Shown: piece after piece, positions 47,264-58,047 of the stretch
How positions within the stretch are numbered: the first letter of the stretch is position 1
Layout of the letters: each line of letters starts with the position of its first letter
DNA from: Chthonomonadales bacterium
GTDB lineage: Bacteria; Armatimonadota; Chthonomonadetes; Chthonomonadales; CAJBBX01
Assembly: GCA_037443035.1 (NCBI GenBank)
Contig: JBBIPC010000005.1
Span: 71,940-135,939 of the forward strand
DNA length: 64,000 nt
Direction of reading: 5' to 3'
Notes under the pieces: model-generated
The model's database searches: none
The model's input: the letters and a program-made list of their open reading frames with translations, nothing else
What the model was told of the DNA's origin: nothing
Made by a program: the position numbers and the translations under genes

Positions 47264-48130
47264 CTAGGCGGTGCCAGCAACGCGAGCGGCTACCCGTTGC
47301 GCATACTCCAGGTTGTCGCGTACACGCTCGCCGAGGGGCATGTCCGTGGAGAAGTCCTCGAAGGAGATCCATCCGTTGTAGCCGACGCAGTGCAACGCTG
47401 TAAAGAGTGCTTCCACATCCACGACACCATCTCGCAGCGCCGCAAACGAAGGCTGCCAGCGTGCGCTGCCGTCCTCGCGAAGCCCCAAACAGTCCCAGCG
47501 TGCGTTCTTGAGGTGAACATGGGCGAGGAATGGGCCGAGCGCTTCCATGCCAAGCCGGTAGTTCTCGAATCCCTCGTACACCATGTTGCCGGCGTCGTGA
47601 ATCACACCCACGTAATCCGGATCGAATCCTTCGAGGAACCAAGCGGCCGCGCTGGCACTTGGGAGTATGTTGCCCATGTGCAGCTCGATGAGTGCCTTGA
47701 CGCCGAATCGCCGTGCCATCGCCTCGACCTCCCGATACCGGTCACGAGCCGCCTCCCGTAGCTGCCTATAGCTGGACTTGCCGTCGTAACCCGGCACGTT
47801 CACGCGCAGGCACGATGCTCCAGCAGCCACGGCTCCCTGCATGGCAATCTCGACGGACTCGAGATCTGTACAAGTAACATAGGTACCCAAGCAGGCTATC
47901 TCCAAACCGGCCTCCCTGGTCAGCTGCCGCATTCTCGGAGCGTCATCGAGAAGGGTGCGCAACGGCCAAGTGCAGAGATTTCCGGACCAGAACCCAGCTT
48001 TGCCGTCGGATGAAGGCTGCTGATCCGTGACGCGCCATTCCACGCCGTCGTAGCCCAGCGCCGCCAGCTTCTGGACCGCCGTCGGCGGATCCCACTCCGG
48101 TGTGCTCACGGTAAAGACGCTGTAACGCAT
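47264..48130 (-). CDS. Sugar phosphate isomerase/epimerase family protein
   Basis: GYDGVEW, IELH, HDAGN, HVHLKN, SFEDF. Confidence 0.88.
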   Translation of the reverse strand: MRYSVFTVSTPEWDPPTAVQKLAALGYDGVEWRVTDQQPSSDGKAGFWSGNLCTWPLRTLLDDAPRMRQLTREAGLEIACLGTYVTCTDLESVEIAMQGAVAAGASCLRVNVPGYDGKSSYRQLREAARDRYREVEAMARRFGVKALIELHMGNILPSASAAAWFLEGFDPDYVGVIHDAGNMVYEGFENYRLGMEALGPFLAHVHLKNARWDCLGLREDGSARWQPSFAALRDGVVDVEALFTALHCVGYNGWISFEDFSTDMPLGERVRDNLEYAQRVAARVAGTA

Positions 48131-48248
48131 GTTTCCACCTCCCAACGGTGCTCAGTTCTCCGCCATTCGCTTGGACACCTGCGCCAGGCTCGCCATAGAA
48201 AGAACCAGGAAGGTTCAGGTCGTGTACAATGACGGCGAGGAGAGATCC

Positions 48249-48923
48249 ATGTCCTACGTGCGTGTCCAGAACGTGGTCAAGTCGTTCGGCGAACGGACCG
48301 TGCTCGCCGGTGTCAGTCTGGAGGCCGAGCGAGGCGACACGGTAGCGGTGCTTGGGCCGTCCGGCAGTGGGAAGAGCACTCTACTCAACATCCTTGGGGC
48401 ACTCATTCGTCCCGACGAAGGTGAAGTCGTAGTCGGCGACGTGAACGTCACGGACCTGGCCGCGCATGGCCTGGCGCAGTACCGCTCCCGATGCGTCGGT
48501 TTCGTGTTTCAGGACCATCACCTTCTTCCACAGCTCACCATCCTCGAGAACGTCCTTCTACCGACCCTGGCCGCCGGCACGCGTGCGGATCGGGATCGTG
48601 CAGTAGTACTGCTAGGGCGCGTGGGCATCCAGCATCGCATGAACGCGTACCCGTGGCAGGTGTCCGGTGGCGAACGCCAGAGGGCTGCGCTGGCACGGGC
48701 ATTGATGAACGAGCCAGGACTGCTTCTGTGTGACGAGCCGACGGGCAATCTGGATCATGCGACAGGAGCCGAGGTCATGGATCTGCTCCTGGACCTGGCA
48801 TCGGACCGCTCATCCAGTCACGCACCGCTGACTGTCATCATGGTAACGCACAACCTGGACCACGCAGCGAGGCTTTCGCGACGGTATAAGCTAGAGGCTG
48901 GCGTATTGAAGGAGGCAACATGA
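48249..48923 (+). CDS. ABC transporter ATP-binding protein (LolD/MacB type)
   Basis: GPSGSGKST, VFQDHHL, SGGERQR, CDEPTGNLD, VTH. Confidence 0.93.
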   Translation: MSYVRVQNVVKSFGERTVLAGVSLEAERGDTVAVLGPSGSGKSTLLNILGALIRPDEGEVVVGDVNVTDLAAHGLAQYRSRCVGFVFQDHHLLPQLTILENVLLPTLAAGTRADRDRAVVLLGRVGIQHRMNAYPWQVSGGERQRAALARALMNEPGLLLCDEPTGNLDHATGAEVMDLLLDLASDRSSSHAPLTVIMVTHNLDHAARLSRRYKLEAGVLKEAT

Positions 48924-48954
48924 CACCCTCCACATTCGCCAGGGGAGCCGCGGT

Positions 48955-51900
48955 GTGACGCTCGTAGGACTGGCTGCCAAGGGCTTGCGCTACTATTGGC
49001 GGGAGGCGCTGGCTTCAGGAGCGGGTGTGGCGGTCGCCGCAGCTGTCATCTGCGGCAGTCTGATCGCTGGCGGTTCCGTCCAGGCGACCGTGCGCCGCAG
49101 CCTCACTGCACGGCTGGGCAGTGTCACGCACGTCGTGGTTGGCCCAAGGGCGATGACGTTGCGGTTGGCTCGGGACCTGGAGCAGTCGAGAGCGTGTCGG
49201 CACGTCGTTCCCATACTCCTTCTGGAAGGTACGGCCGCCAATCCCGATACAGGCGATGCAGTCCCGCGTGTCCAAGTTCTTGGCGTGCCAGGCGGGTTCT
49301 TCGCCTTCTACGGTGGACAGCGTCCGGCCGCTCTCTTCGATCGGAACGTGCTTCTCAGTCCTGCCCTGGCTTCGGATCTCCACGTGCGGGTCGGCGACGG
49401 CCTCATCTTGCATGTGGCGCGTCCAGACATAATCCCCATGGACTCCCTCTTCGCTCGTCGAAGGATCGCGGAGCGTATGCGCAGCTTTCGCCTAGAGTGC
49501 GCGGGTATTGCACCGCAGGACGGACCAGGCGGGTTCGCTCTCGACGTGGAGACCGGAGCGCGTCGGACGGTCCTCGTTTCGTACGAGTGGCTAGCGCAGC
49601 AGATGGAGCTTGACGGCAGGTGCCACGCCATCCTGCTCGACGTCCTGCCTGGGCACAAGCGAGATGCAGTCGAGAAGCTCGTGCATTCTGTAAGCGAGCC
49701 TCGCGACCTGGGATTGACGCTCGATGCAGCATCCCAAGGGCGTGTCGTCATGCGTAGCGACTCGGTCACGCTCTCCTCGGACGCAGCGGCTGGCCTATCC
49801 GACCTGAGCACGCTGCTGGGCGCCCGGATGGAGGCCGGCTCTATCATGCTGGCTACGTCGCTCAGGGCGCACGGTCGCGCAACAGCTGCCCACTACGTCA
49901 TCGTTGGCTATTCCCCTTCCATAACGGTGCCTGACGGCAGGATCGTTCTGAGCCAGTGGCTCGCCGAGGACCTCGATGCGCGGGTCGGCACACCGATCAT
50001 CCTCGAGTGGATGCAGCCTTCCAGTGACGGAACCTACCCTCTACGGCAGACGCTCGTCCGTATAGACCGCATTGTCGCTACCGACGAGGCCGTGCGCGAA
50101 CGATGGCTTGTGCCAGTGTTCGCGGGCATCACCGACGCTAGGCGCGTTTCTGACTGGGATCCTCCGTTCCCCGTGGACCTGAGGCTTGTGAGGCAGCGTG
50201 ACGAGCGGTTTTGGGAAAGATACCGCGCTGCACCACGGGCGTTCGCCTCGGCTAGTCTTCTCCAGCGCATGTGGGGTGCCGGCTCTGGGACTGATAGCTG
50301 GATCACCGCGGTTCGGCTGACGTTCCCTGCGCCACAATCGGCAGGTCTATCGCAACTGTCAGCGGCCATACGCGAGACGCCCAGACTTCTTCAGGCTGGG
50401 CCCAGAGTCCGCGACATGCGAGCCGAAGCCGAGACGGCAAGCCAGGGCTCCAGCGACTTCAAGGGCCTCATGCTCGGCATGAGCATATTCCTCGTGGCAT
50501 CAGCGGTCGGATTGGCAGCATCCATGATGCGTCTGTCGGCCGAGCGGCGTGCTTCCCAGGTGGGGCTGATGCTTGCCGTAGGTTTCCGATCCCGTCTCGC
50601 TGCCGTGCCTATTGGCATGGAAGGGGCCCTTGCGTCGCTGGTGGGCGCTATGGTCGGGGCATTCTCGGGAGTGCTCGTAGCCCAGGCGCTCGTGCTCGCC
50701 CTGAATACGTGGTGGAGCGGCGCCGTCGCGAGGGAGACGATTCACCTTGTCGTGTCACCGACGGATCTTGTGCAGGGGTTCGTGCTCGCCAGCGTGCTGG
50801 GTGCTGCAGCAGCGTGGAGGACGGCTTTCACCCTCACGGGCGGAGACGTCTGGGCCAAGCTGGCTGGCTGGCGCGCTGTGCAGATCCACAGTGCCGTCGC
50901 GGCGAACGCGGCGGTCGTTCCGTGGCTCGTGCTAGGGCTAGCGGCCGTGGCAGCGGTAACGGTCGGCCACGCCTCCGCAGAAGTGTTCCTCGGGAGCGGC
51001 GCCTGCCTGCTTGTTAGCGGATTAGGTCTGCTCCATTCTGGGCTTCGGCGTGCCCTGGTAGCTTCCGGCGGACCTCCCACATTCTGGCGCATGGCGATCC
51101 GTAATGCCAGCCTCCATCGTGCTCACAGTACACTCGTGGCGGGCATGGTGGCGGCAGCCTCCTTCATTGTCGTGACGGTAGCCGCCAACGTGAGGTCCAT
51201 AGCAGCGGTGGACGTTCGCAGTTCGAGCTCCGGCGCCGGCGGCTTTGACCTGATCGTTCGGTCCTCAACACCGTTGCCGGTCAGCATGGAGACGCCGGAG
51301 GGCCGAAGGAACCTCGGCTTCCGCGGTGAGGATGAGCATTTGTTCGAAGGTGCCGAGATCGTCCCGCTTTGGGTGAGCGATGGTGTCAACACCGGATGCC
51401 TGAACCTCGCTCGGCCAACGGAGCCCCGCATCATCGGAGTCACCGATGCTTTCATCCGACGTGGAGGCTTCACCGTCGAGACACGGGGCAGGACGCGCGG
51501 CAATCCATGGAAGCTGCTCCTCAGCATGTCGGAAGATGGCACGGTACCTACGTTCGGCGATGCCGAGAGCGTGCGCTGGATACTGCGTAAGGGATTGGGC
51601 CAGACCGTTGTGCGTTCTACGGGCCGTGGCCACGTGCGACTGCGTTTCGATGGTCTCATCGCGTTCTCGATCTTCGCTGGCGAACTGCTTGTCTCCGAGA
51701 CGCAGTTCCGTCGCATGTTCCCGGAAGTTACCGGCCCCTCGATGTGCCTCGTTCGTGCTGCTACGCCGGATCTGGTCGGTCCTATTGCAGAGTCCGTCCG
51801 GCGAACCCTTGGCGAGACAGGCGTCGAGGTGCGAACCACCCGGGAAACGCTCAATGAACTGCTGGCGGTGCAGAATGCTTACCTGGCGGCCTTCCTGGTG

Positions 51901-52257
51901 CTTGGGGGTCTGGGGGTCATACTGGGGATGGCGGGACTCGGTGCAGTCGTCCTCCGCACTGCTGCAGAACGCCGCTCGGAGTTCGCTATCCTGACAGCCA
52001 TGGGTTTCCGAAGGAGCGTCCTTGCGAGTATGCTGATGCAGGAGAGTGCGGGCCTGCTCCTATACGGATGGGTACTCGGCACGGGTACGGCCCTTGTGGC
52101 CTCGGTGCCTCGAGTAGCTTCCGGCGATGCGGCTGTGAACTGGCTCGTCCTCGGAGTTACGCTGTTGGGAGCAGTGACGGCAGGTCTTCTCTCCTGTGTG
52201 GTAGCCGCGGCTGCTGCGCTTCGGGGCGATGTGCTCGCAGGATTGCGCTGGGAGTAG
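48955..52257 (+). CDS. Double FtsX-like ABC permease
   Basis: Two ERRxxxxxxxAxGF FtsX motifs with large periplasmic domains. Confidence 0.85.
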   Translation: MTLVGLAAKGLRYYWREALASGAGVAVAAAVICGSLIAGGSVQATVRRSLTARLGSVTHVVVGPRAMTLRLARDLEQSRACRHVVPILLLEGTAANPDTGDAVPRVQVLGVPGGFFAFYGGQRPAALFDRNVLLSPALASDLHVRVGDGLILHVARPDIIPMDSLFARRRIAERMRSFRLECAGIAPQDGPGGFALDVETGARRTVLVSYEWLAQQMELDGRCHAILLDVLPGHKRDAVEKLVHSVSEPRDLGLTLDAASQGRVVMRSDSVTLSSDAAAGLSDLSTLLGARMEAGSIMLATSLRAHGRATAAHYVIVGYSPSITVPDGRIVLSQWLAEDLDARVGTPIILEWMQPSSDGTYPLRQTLVRIDRIVATDEAVRERWLVPVFAGITDARRVSDWDPPFPVDLRLVRQRDERFWERYRAAPRAFASASLLQRMWGAGSGTDSWITAVRLTFPAPQSAGLSQLSAAIRETPRLLQAGPRVRDMRAEAETASQGSSDFKGLMLGMSIFLVASAVGLAASMMRLSAERRASQVGLMLAVGFRSRLAAVPIGMEGALASLVGAMVGAFSGVLVAQALVLALNTWWSGAVARETIHLVVSPTDLVQGFVLASVLGAAAAWRTAFTLTGGDVWAKLAGWRAVQIHSAVAANAAVVPWLVLGLAAVAAVTVGHASAEVFLGSGACLLVSGLGLLHSGLRRALVASGGPPTFWRMAIRNASLHRAHSTLVAGMVAAASFIVVTVAANVRSIAAVDVRSSSSGAGGFDLIVRSSTPLPVSMETPEGRRNLGFRGEDEHLFEGAEIVPLWVSDGVNTGCLNLARPTEPRIIGVTDAFIRRGGFTVETRGRTRGNPWKLLLSMSEDGTVPTFGDAESVRWILRKGLGQTVVRSTGRGHVRLRFDGLIAFSIFAGELLVSETQFRRMFPEVTGPSMCLVRAATPDLVGPIAESVRRTLGETGVEVRTTRETLNELLAVQNAYLAAFLVLGGLGVILGMAGLGAVVLRTAAERRSEFAILTAMGFRRSVLASMLMQESAGLLLYGWVLGTGTALVASVPRVASGDAAVNWLVLGVTLLGAVTAGLLSCVVAAAAALRGDVLAGLRWE

Positions 52258-52275
52258 GAGGAAAGAAGATAGACC

Positions 52276-53403
52276 ATGCGAAGCTGCGTGAGATGCCCTG
52301 TCCTTGTCCTTCTGGGTCTTGCGGTATCCCTTGGTGTGTCTCGTGGCGCTGACTGGCCGATGATGCGGGGATCGCCGGACAACCGCGGAGTCGCAGCGGA
52401 TGTACTAACGCCGCCATTGCGTCGGCTCTGGGTATTCGAGGCGGGCGGTCCGATAGAAGGTACAGCCGCCATCGTCAGAGGAGTGGTCTATGTACCCACC
52501 ATGCGTGGGAAGCTCCACGCTCTCCGCCTCGGCGACGGAAAACGTTTGTGGACGTTCTCATCCTCCAATGCATTCAGCGCCTCGCCATGTGTGCTCGATG
52601 GGGTCGTCTACATCGGCGACGAAGGCGGAGTCTTCTATGCGCTGGACGCAGCTACCGGTAGAGTGCGTTGGAAGCGCGCTACGGAAGACAGGATCATCTC
52701 CTCAGCAGTGCCGGGTCCGGGTTGTATCCTCGTGGGAAGCTACGATAACCATCTGTACTGCTTCCGGAGGAACGGCGGCAGGATTCTGTGGACGTTCAAG
52801 GCTGAGGCACAAGTCCACGCAACGCCCTGTGTGATCGGATCCACCGTCGTCATCGCCGGCTGCGATGGATACGTCCGATGCATAGATCTGACCTCAGGTA
52901 AGCAGAGGAGCCGCACGCACGTCGAGGCGAACTTCGGTGCTCCACCAGCCGGAGTTGCAGGTACCGTCCTCGTTGGATCCCTCTCTGGTGTGTACCTCCG
53001 CATGCGCGTAGCGGACGGCAGGGTGCTCTGGAAGCAGCAGGAAAAGGAGGAAGGCGCAGCGGTCTATGCGGGCGCTGCTGTACAGGGGACGACGGCTATC
53101 TTCGCTTCACGAAGCTCGCGTGTTCTGCGCTTGAACGCTACGACGGGCAAGGTGCTGTGGACTTTCCAGACCAAGTCGCAGGTGAACTCTTCGCCGGTCA
53201 TCTCAGGTACCACCGTATACGTTGGCTCCGACGAAGGCATGCTATATGGGCTCGACATTGCGACGGGCAGTCTACGATGGCGATTCGCCTGTGGAGCTGA
53301 GGTCAAGGCGTCGCCAGCCATCGGTGGCAACAGGTTGGTTGTTGGAACCACCGACGGTGCGTTGTACTGCTTCGGGCCATCTGCCACGACTACGCGTCGC
53401 TAG
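52276..53403 (+). CDS. PQQ-like beta-propeller repeat protein (BamB-like)
   Basis: Signal peptide, ADWPMMRG, repeated YALDAATGRVRW-type motifs. Confidence 0.88.
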   Translation: MRSCVRCPVLVLLGLAVSLGVSRGADWPMMRGSPDNRGVAADVLTPPLRRLWVFEAGGPIEGTAAIVRGVVYVPTMRGKLHALRLGDGKRLWTFSSSNAFSASPCVLDGVVYIGDEGGVFYALDAATGRVRWKRATEDRIISSAVPGPGCILVGSYDNHLYCFRRNGGRILWTFKAEAQVHATPCVIGSTVVIAGCDGYVRCIDLTSGKQRSRTHVEANFGAPPAGVAGTVLVGSLSGVYLRMRVADGRVLWKQQEKEEGAAVYAGAAVQGTTAIFASRSSRVLRLNATTGKVLWTFQTKSQVNSSPVISGTTVYVGSDEGMLYGLDIATGSLRWRFACGAEVKASPAIGGNRLVVGTTDGALYCFGPSATTTRR

Positions 53404-53434
53404 CGGGCGCACCGTTAAGGAGGATTGCAGGGCC

Positions 53435-56400
53435 ATGGGCGCACTCCACGCTCTTGTCGCCGCGGTACTCATCCCCATCGTCATACTCGCTGCATGTCCC
53501 GCACCGTCGTTCGGTCAGTCGCCCCAGGAGGAGTCGGTCGGTGTACGACCGTACGAGCTCGAGTGGGCTGGCAGAACGCAGGATGACCATCCCCCACTCG
53601 TAGATTTCGAGAATCTCGACGGCTGGACCGTCGTCACGAAGAACGCCGCGGCCACGTTCGTGCGCACCCGGGAGCAGCGGATCTGGGGTAGGTACGTGGG
53701 CAAGCTAACGTACCGAGGCGACGGGTCCGGCCCCAACGAAGTCCGCATTGTCCCGCCCCAACCCATTCCCATCTCCCAACCATTCGACGCGGTCACGCTG
53801 TGGTGCTACGGGAATAACTGGGGATGGGCGCCAGACCCAGGCACGCCGCAGGTACGTATTTCCGTGCTATTCGAGGACAGCGACGGACAAGAGTTCGCTG
53901 TCTACCTCTACCATGTGGACTGGACGGAATGGTATCTGCTTCACAGACGGCTGACCCCCGAACAAGCTCGGAGGGTGCAGAAAGGCGCGAGGTTCGCTGG
54001 CATCCTGGTCGCCGGTGGACGACAGAAGGACGACCGCATTCTTTATTTCGACAATCTCGCGGTTTTCACGGAGGAGTTTCCACCGCTGACGTTCGCGCCA
54101 CGCCCCGAGCGTGGCATCTCCATGTTCCCTGGCCAGACCGCAGGTACGAACACAGGTCCGGGCAAGCTACCATTTCCCACGTCGGAGCGTACGATTGTCC
54201 CGCCCGTGCTCGACCCAAGACCAGTGGTAGAGACTCTTCCGGAAGGACAGGGAGCGCGATTTCGCTGCAAGGACCGCACTGGAGTCGTGGAGTATATCGT
54301 CCGACCTGAGACCGGGAGATGGGACGACATTGCGGTTACGTATCGGAAGGCTCGCAACGCTGTTAGTGGCGTGCGTTTCCAGCCCTGCGTGGATGGTGGC
54401 GTGTGGCTGCGCGGACCATCGGGGGCTGTGCGCCCGGAGCGCGGTGAACTGCTCAGTTCGCAGTTCGACCAGGACGTGCTCGAAACTCAATGGAATCTGG
54501 TTGCGGGCGATGTGTCCGCGAAGGTGACGTATCGCTTCCGACTCTGGGGAAAGTCCCTCGTCGTGGATGTCCTTGCGCCGGGCGGCAACATAGCAGAAGT
54601 TCGGTACGGACGCGCCGTCGGCCTGGAGAATCCGCGGCTCGTAACGCACCCCTTCTACCCGGCGGAAGGCGGCCGTCCCGCCACTGTGGTCGCTTCTACG
54701 CCGTCGGGTCCCCTGTTCCTCATGGGTAATACCGACTGGTACCGGACGAATGCCTCTATCATGTGGGCACAGAATGCTGTGGATGCGAGCGGTGTCACCT
54801 ACAACGGAGGTACTCGTTACATTCCGCTCACCAACGGGCGCGTCAACGACTGCTTCGAACGCTTCTTCATCACGGTGTCGCCGGTGTTCGAAGAAACGCT
54901 CCCCACGATCGCCAATCCCGTGTCGCCATGGAAGCATATTACCGGTACCCACGTATGGCGCGCCCACGGTGCAGGCAACCGTGAAGCCGACAAGAAGCTC
55001 TGGGCCGAAGTCCGCAGATATGGGATTCGGAATGTAGTCGTCACGGATCACGAGACCATGTGGCGCGATGGTGGTGAGAGCTTCACGTTCCGTACCCGGG
55101 CTGCTCCCGGCAAGGGAGGTGACGATGGCGCCCGGGACTACTCGCGCTACATGCAGGACACGCTCGGTTTCGTCTATGGCCCCTACAACAATTTCACGGA
55201 TTTCGCGCCCGTCAACGAGTACTGGAGCACCGACATGGTGTCACGGGACCCGGAGAATCAGCTTCAGCATGCCTGGATGCGCTGCTACGCCCCCAAGCCC
55301 GCACGAGCCGTAGAGTACTGCGAGCGTCTCTCACCCGTGAATCAGGCCAAGTTCGGGTTCAGCACCGCCTACTGCGATGTGCATACCGCTGTGGCACCGT
55401 GGCACCGCGTGGACTACGATCCAAGGGTTCCAGGCGCAGGTACGATGGCCGCTGTCTTCTACGCCTACGGCGAGATCATGCTCTTGCAGAAGAAAGCATG
55501 GAGCGGACCGGTCTATTCGGAAGGCAACTATCATGCGTTCTACTGTGGCCTGACGGATGGCAACTACGGCCAGGATCAGGCCTACAGACCTGCGGAGAAT
55601 GCGTGGCTCGTAGATTTCGATCTATGGCGTATGCACGATCTTTGCTGTAACTTCGGCATGGGCAACCCGGACATGTTCTATGCCAACGCGCCTCAGCCCC
55701 AGAACACTCAGGCCGAGCGTGACGCCTGGTTGGATCGGTTCCTTGCAGCGACTGTCGCCTTCGGACATCCAGGGTTTCTCGTCATGGAAGGCGGCATGGC
55801 CAATGCCATGAAGAGCTACTTCATGCTGCAGCAGCTTCACTCCCGGTACTGTCTCGCTTCCGCCGTTGCCATTCGGTACGTGGATCCACGCGGCCGTCTC
55901 CTCAGCAGTTCCGAGGCCGTTGCCTCGGGCGACTATCGCCGGTCGCAGGTCGTTGTGCGGTACAGCGACGGAACAGTCGTCGTTGCTAACGGGAGCAAGA
56001 CCGAAAGGCTCGAGACGGCCGTCGATGGTCGGAAGGTCGTCTTACCACCCAACGGCTACTGCGGCTGGACGGCCGACGGAAAGATCGAAGTCACGAACTG
56101 GCATCCCGAAGGCCGGTATGCCGACTACGCCGTCACCCCGGAGTACCTCTTCATAGACGGCCGCGGTCGGTTCACCCGTTTCCCTATGGCGGCCGCCAGC
56201 GGGATGGGAGTGCTGCGGCGCGTCAAAGCAGGCGAGTGGGAACTCATTCCCTACCAGGGTGCTGAGTGCGGGTTTGCCGTCACGGCGAGCTCCGCTGTTG
56301 CACTGGATCGCGAGGGGAAGGATATGGGGCCGGCATCGCTTCGGACTGCGCGAGGTCTAACCTATGTCCTGCCGGTGGAAGGTGCGTTCAGTTACCTACT

Positions 56401-57907
56401 CCGGGGCGTCAGGCTCATCGCGCCGTCGAGGCAGGATCGTGCTACTCAATCTGCCCTGGCGGAGGCGACAACGGACTCGCGACAAGATGGCGAGGATCTC
56501 CGCGCGAGCCGATGGACCGTGACCCCGGGGGAACAGGTGGCGGTCGCCCGAGGAGGGCGTTCACGTCGTCGCTGGACAGTGACGATCCCTGCAGATGCAA
56601 AGCCCGGGGACCATCTGTGGCGCAAGCTTGGCGATCGGTGGTTGGACTTCGTCGTGGTGGAACCATTCGCTACCTCGCTCAGCCTGGTCGGGGATGATCT
56701 CTGCGTGACCCTGACCTCGCATCTGCCGAAGACGGAGGCTGTGACCTTGACCGCCCTTGGCAGGACGGTGGCGGTTCGAGCCGAACCCAACCGACCCGTT
56801 CTGGCACGTGTGCCGCTAGGTCCTCCGGCCAAAGAGACTGCCGATCTTGTGCGTATTACGGTACAAGCAGGATCAGCGTGTTCCACGATGGAAGCCGGTC
56901 TGCGCGTCACGCTCGGCCACCGCGTCCTGGTGGGCATGCGGGAACGCTTCGTTGGGGGGGTGGGGCTGCGTGGTCAACCCGATACGCCGGGGTTTGGCGC
57001 AACCGGTGCTCACGCGAACGTGGATCGGGGGGAATGCGGTGGTGTGAGCAAGGTCTGTCTGAAGATGCATCCGCCGTGGCTAGGTGGTGCCGTGGGCCGG
57101 ACGTTCGCCCTCTACGATCTCCTCACGCTGCCGGCGCATCCACCGGCCGCGTTCCGCGCCGAGGTCGGCAAGTTGGACGGGAGTGACCCAGGCGACGGCA
57201 TTCTGTATAGGGTGGCGGTTGTGGATCGATATGGCAACGAAGCTGTCGCAGCGGAGCACCTCGTGAAGGAGCATCGCTGGGAGGCGATCGAAGCCGATCT
57301 CTCACGATGGGCGGGCCAGCCCATTCGTGTCAAGCTGATTGCCGACCCAGGCCCGGTGGATGACACGTCCGGCGACTGGGCGTGCTGGGCCAGCATGCGA
57401 ATCGAGACACGCGACGCCATTCTGCACCGGACCCTCGACGCCCAGGCGGAGCGCTATCGTCGTCTGCCGGCCCCGTACCGAGCCCAAGGTCTGACAACGG
57501 AGATTCTGCGAACCGCTCGGCGTGGCTGGCTGCGGTTCGATGGGAAGGGCATGAACGCTGGAAAGTATGTTTGCTACGGCCGTCTCAATGGCGTAGATCT
57601 CGGACCCATGCCGGCCGCAAGTGGTGACGAGACGAGTGGCATCTACGCGGAGAAGGTTGCGGTGGAGCTACCACCTTCCGCCATTGCGAGCCTTGGGATC
57701 TGGAATCGCTTTGTCCTCCTGAATCCGAACCACGATTACTTCAGCGTGCGGCGCTTCTGGATCGAACTGGAGCTCGAAGATGGGAGGAGGTGTTCGTCGG
57801 ACATTGCCGACGTGACCTTCACGCAACCTTCTGACTGGCCGTATGCCGAAGGGATCCGCCTTCCGTTTGGCGAGGACATCACCGTGGACATCTGGTTCAG
57901 CAGGTAG
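53435..57907 (+). CDS. Large secreted glycoside-hydrolase-like protein with an NPCBM-like domain
   Basis: AAGGAGG RBS, signal peptide; YCDVHT, SEG; FRAEVGKLDGSDPGDG...DLSRWAGQPIRVKL...GDWACW. Confidence 0.7.
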   Translation: MGALHALVAAVLIPIVILAACPAPSFGQSPQEESVGVRPYELEWAGRTQDDHPPLVDFENLDGWTVVTKNAAATFVRTREQRIWGRYVGKLTYRGDGSGPNEVRIVPPQPIPISQPFDAVTLWCYGNNWGWAPDPGTPQVRISVLFEDSDGQEFAVYLYHVDWTEWYLLHRRLTPEQARRVQKGARFAGILVAGGRQKDDRILYFDNLAVFTEEFPPLTFAPRPERGISMFPGQTAGTNTGPGKLPFPTSERTIVPPVLDPRPVVETLPEGQGARFRCKDRTGVVEYIVRPETGRWDDIAVTYRKARNAVSGVRFQPCVDGGVWLRGPSGAVRPERGELLSSQFDQDVLETQWNLVAGDVSAKVTYRFRLWGKSLVVDVLAPGGNIAEVRYGRAVGLENPRLVTHPFYPAEGGRPATVVASTPSGPLFLMGNTDWYRTNASIMWAQNAVDASGVTYNGGTRYIPLTNGRVNDCFERFFITVSPVFEETLPTIANPVSPWKHITGTHVWRAHGAGNREADKKLWAEVRRYGIRNVVVTDHETMWRDGGESFTFRTRAAPGKGGDDGARDYSRYMQDTLGFVYGPYNNFTDFAPVNEYWSTDMVSRDPENQLQHAWMRCYAPKPARAVEYCERLSPVNQAKFGFSTAYCDVHTAVAPWHRVDYDPRVPGAGTMAAVFYAYGEIMLLQKKAWSGPVYSEGNYHAFYCGLTDGNYGQDQAYRPAENAWLVDFDLWRMHDLCCNFGMGNPDMFYANAPQPQNTQAERDAWLDRFLAATVAFGHPGFLVMEGGMANAMKSYFMLQQLHSRYCLASAVAIRYVDPRGRLLSSSEAVASGDYRRSQVVVRYSDGTVVVANGSKTERLETAVDGRKVVLPPNGYCGWTADGKIEVTNWHPEGRYADYAVTPEYLFIDGRGRFTRFPMAAASGMGVLRRVKAGEWELIPYQGAECGFAVTASSAVALDREGKDMGPASLRTARGLTYVLPVEGAFSYLLRGVRLIAPSRQDRATQSALAEATTDSRQDGEDLRASRWTVTPGEQVAVARGGRSRRRWTVTIPADAKPGDHLWRKLGDRWLDFVVVEPFATSLSLVGDDLCVTLTSHLPKTEAVTLTALGRTVAVRAEPNRPVLARVPLGPPAKETADLVRITVQAGSACSTMEAGLRVTLGHRVLVGMRERFVGGVGLRGQPDTPGFGATGAHANVDRGECGGVSKVCLKMHPPWLGGAVGRTFALYDLLTLPAHPPAAFRAEVGKLDGSDPGDGILYRVAVVDRYGNEAVAAEHLVKEHRWEAIEADLSRWAGQPIRVKLIADPGPVDDTSGDWACWASMRIETRDAILHRTLDAQAERYRRLPAPYRAQGLTTEILRTARRGWLRFDGKGMNAGKYVCYGRLNGVDLGPMPAASGDETSGIYAEKVAVELPPSAIASLGIWNRFVLLNPNHDYFSVRRFWIELELEDGRRCSSDIADVTFTQPSDWPYAEGIRLPFGEDITVDIWFSR

Positions 57908-57989
57908 AAAACAGCATCCACGGCGCCCAATGTCGTCCTGGAAGATCGCAGCGCCGGCGGCGGACCGCGGTGGCACGGTCATGAAGAAT

Positions 57990-58019
57990 GAAACGACCCC
58001 GCTTGGACAGCGGGGTCGT
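57990..58019 (-). terminator. Rho-independent terminator of the PEP-CTERM gene
   Basis: 11-bp stem ACGACCCCGCT/AGCGGGGTCGT with a short T-run on the minus strand. Confidence 0.6.
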
Positions 58020-58047
58020 CGTCCTCACGAAGTCCGTGAGCTAGCCA

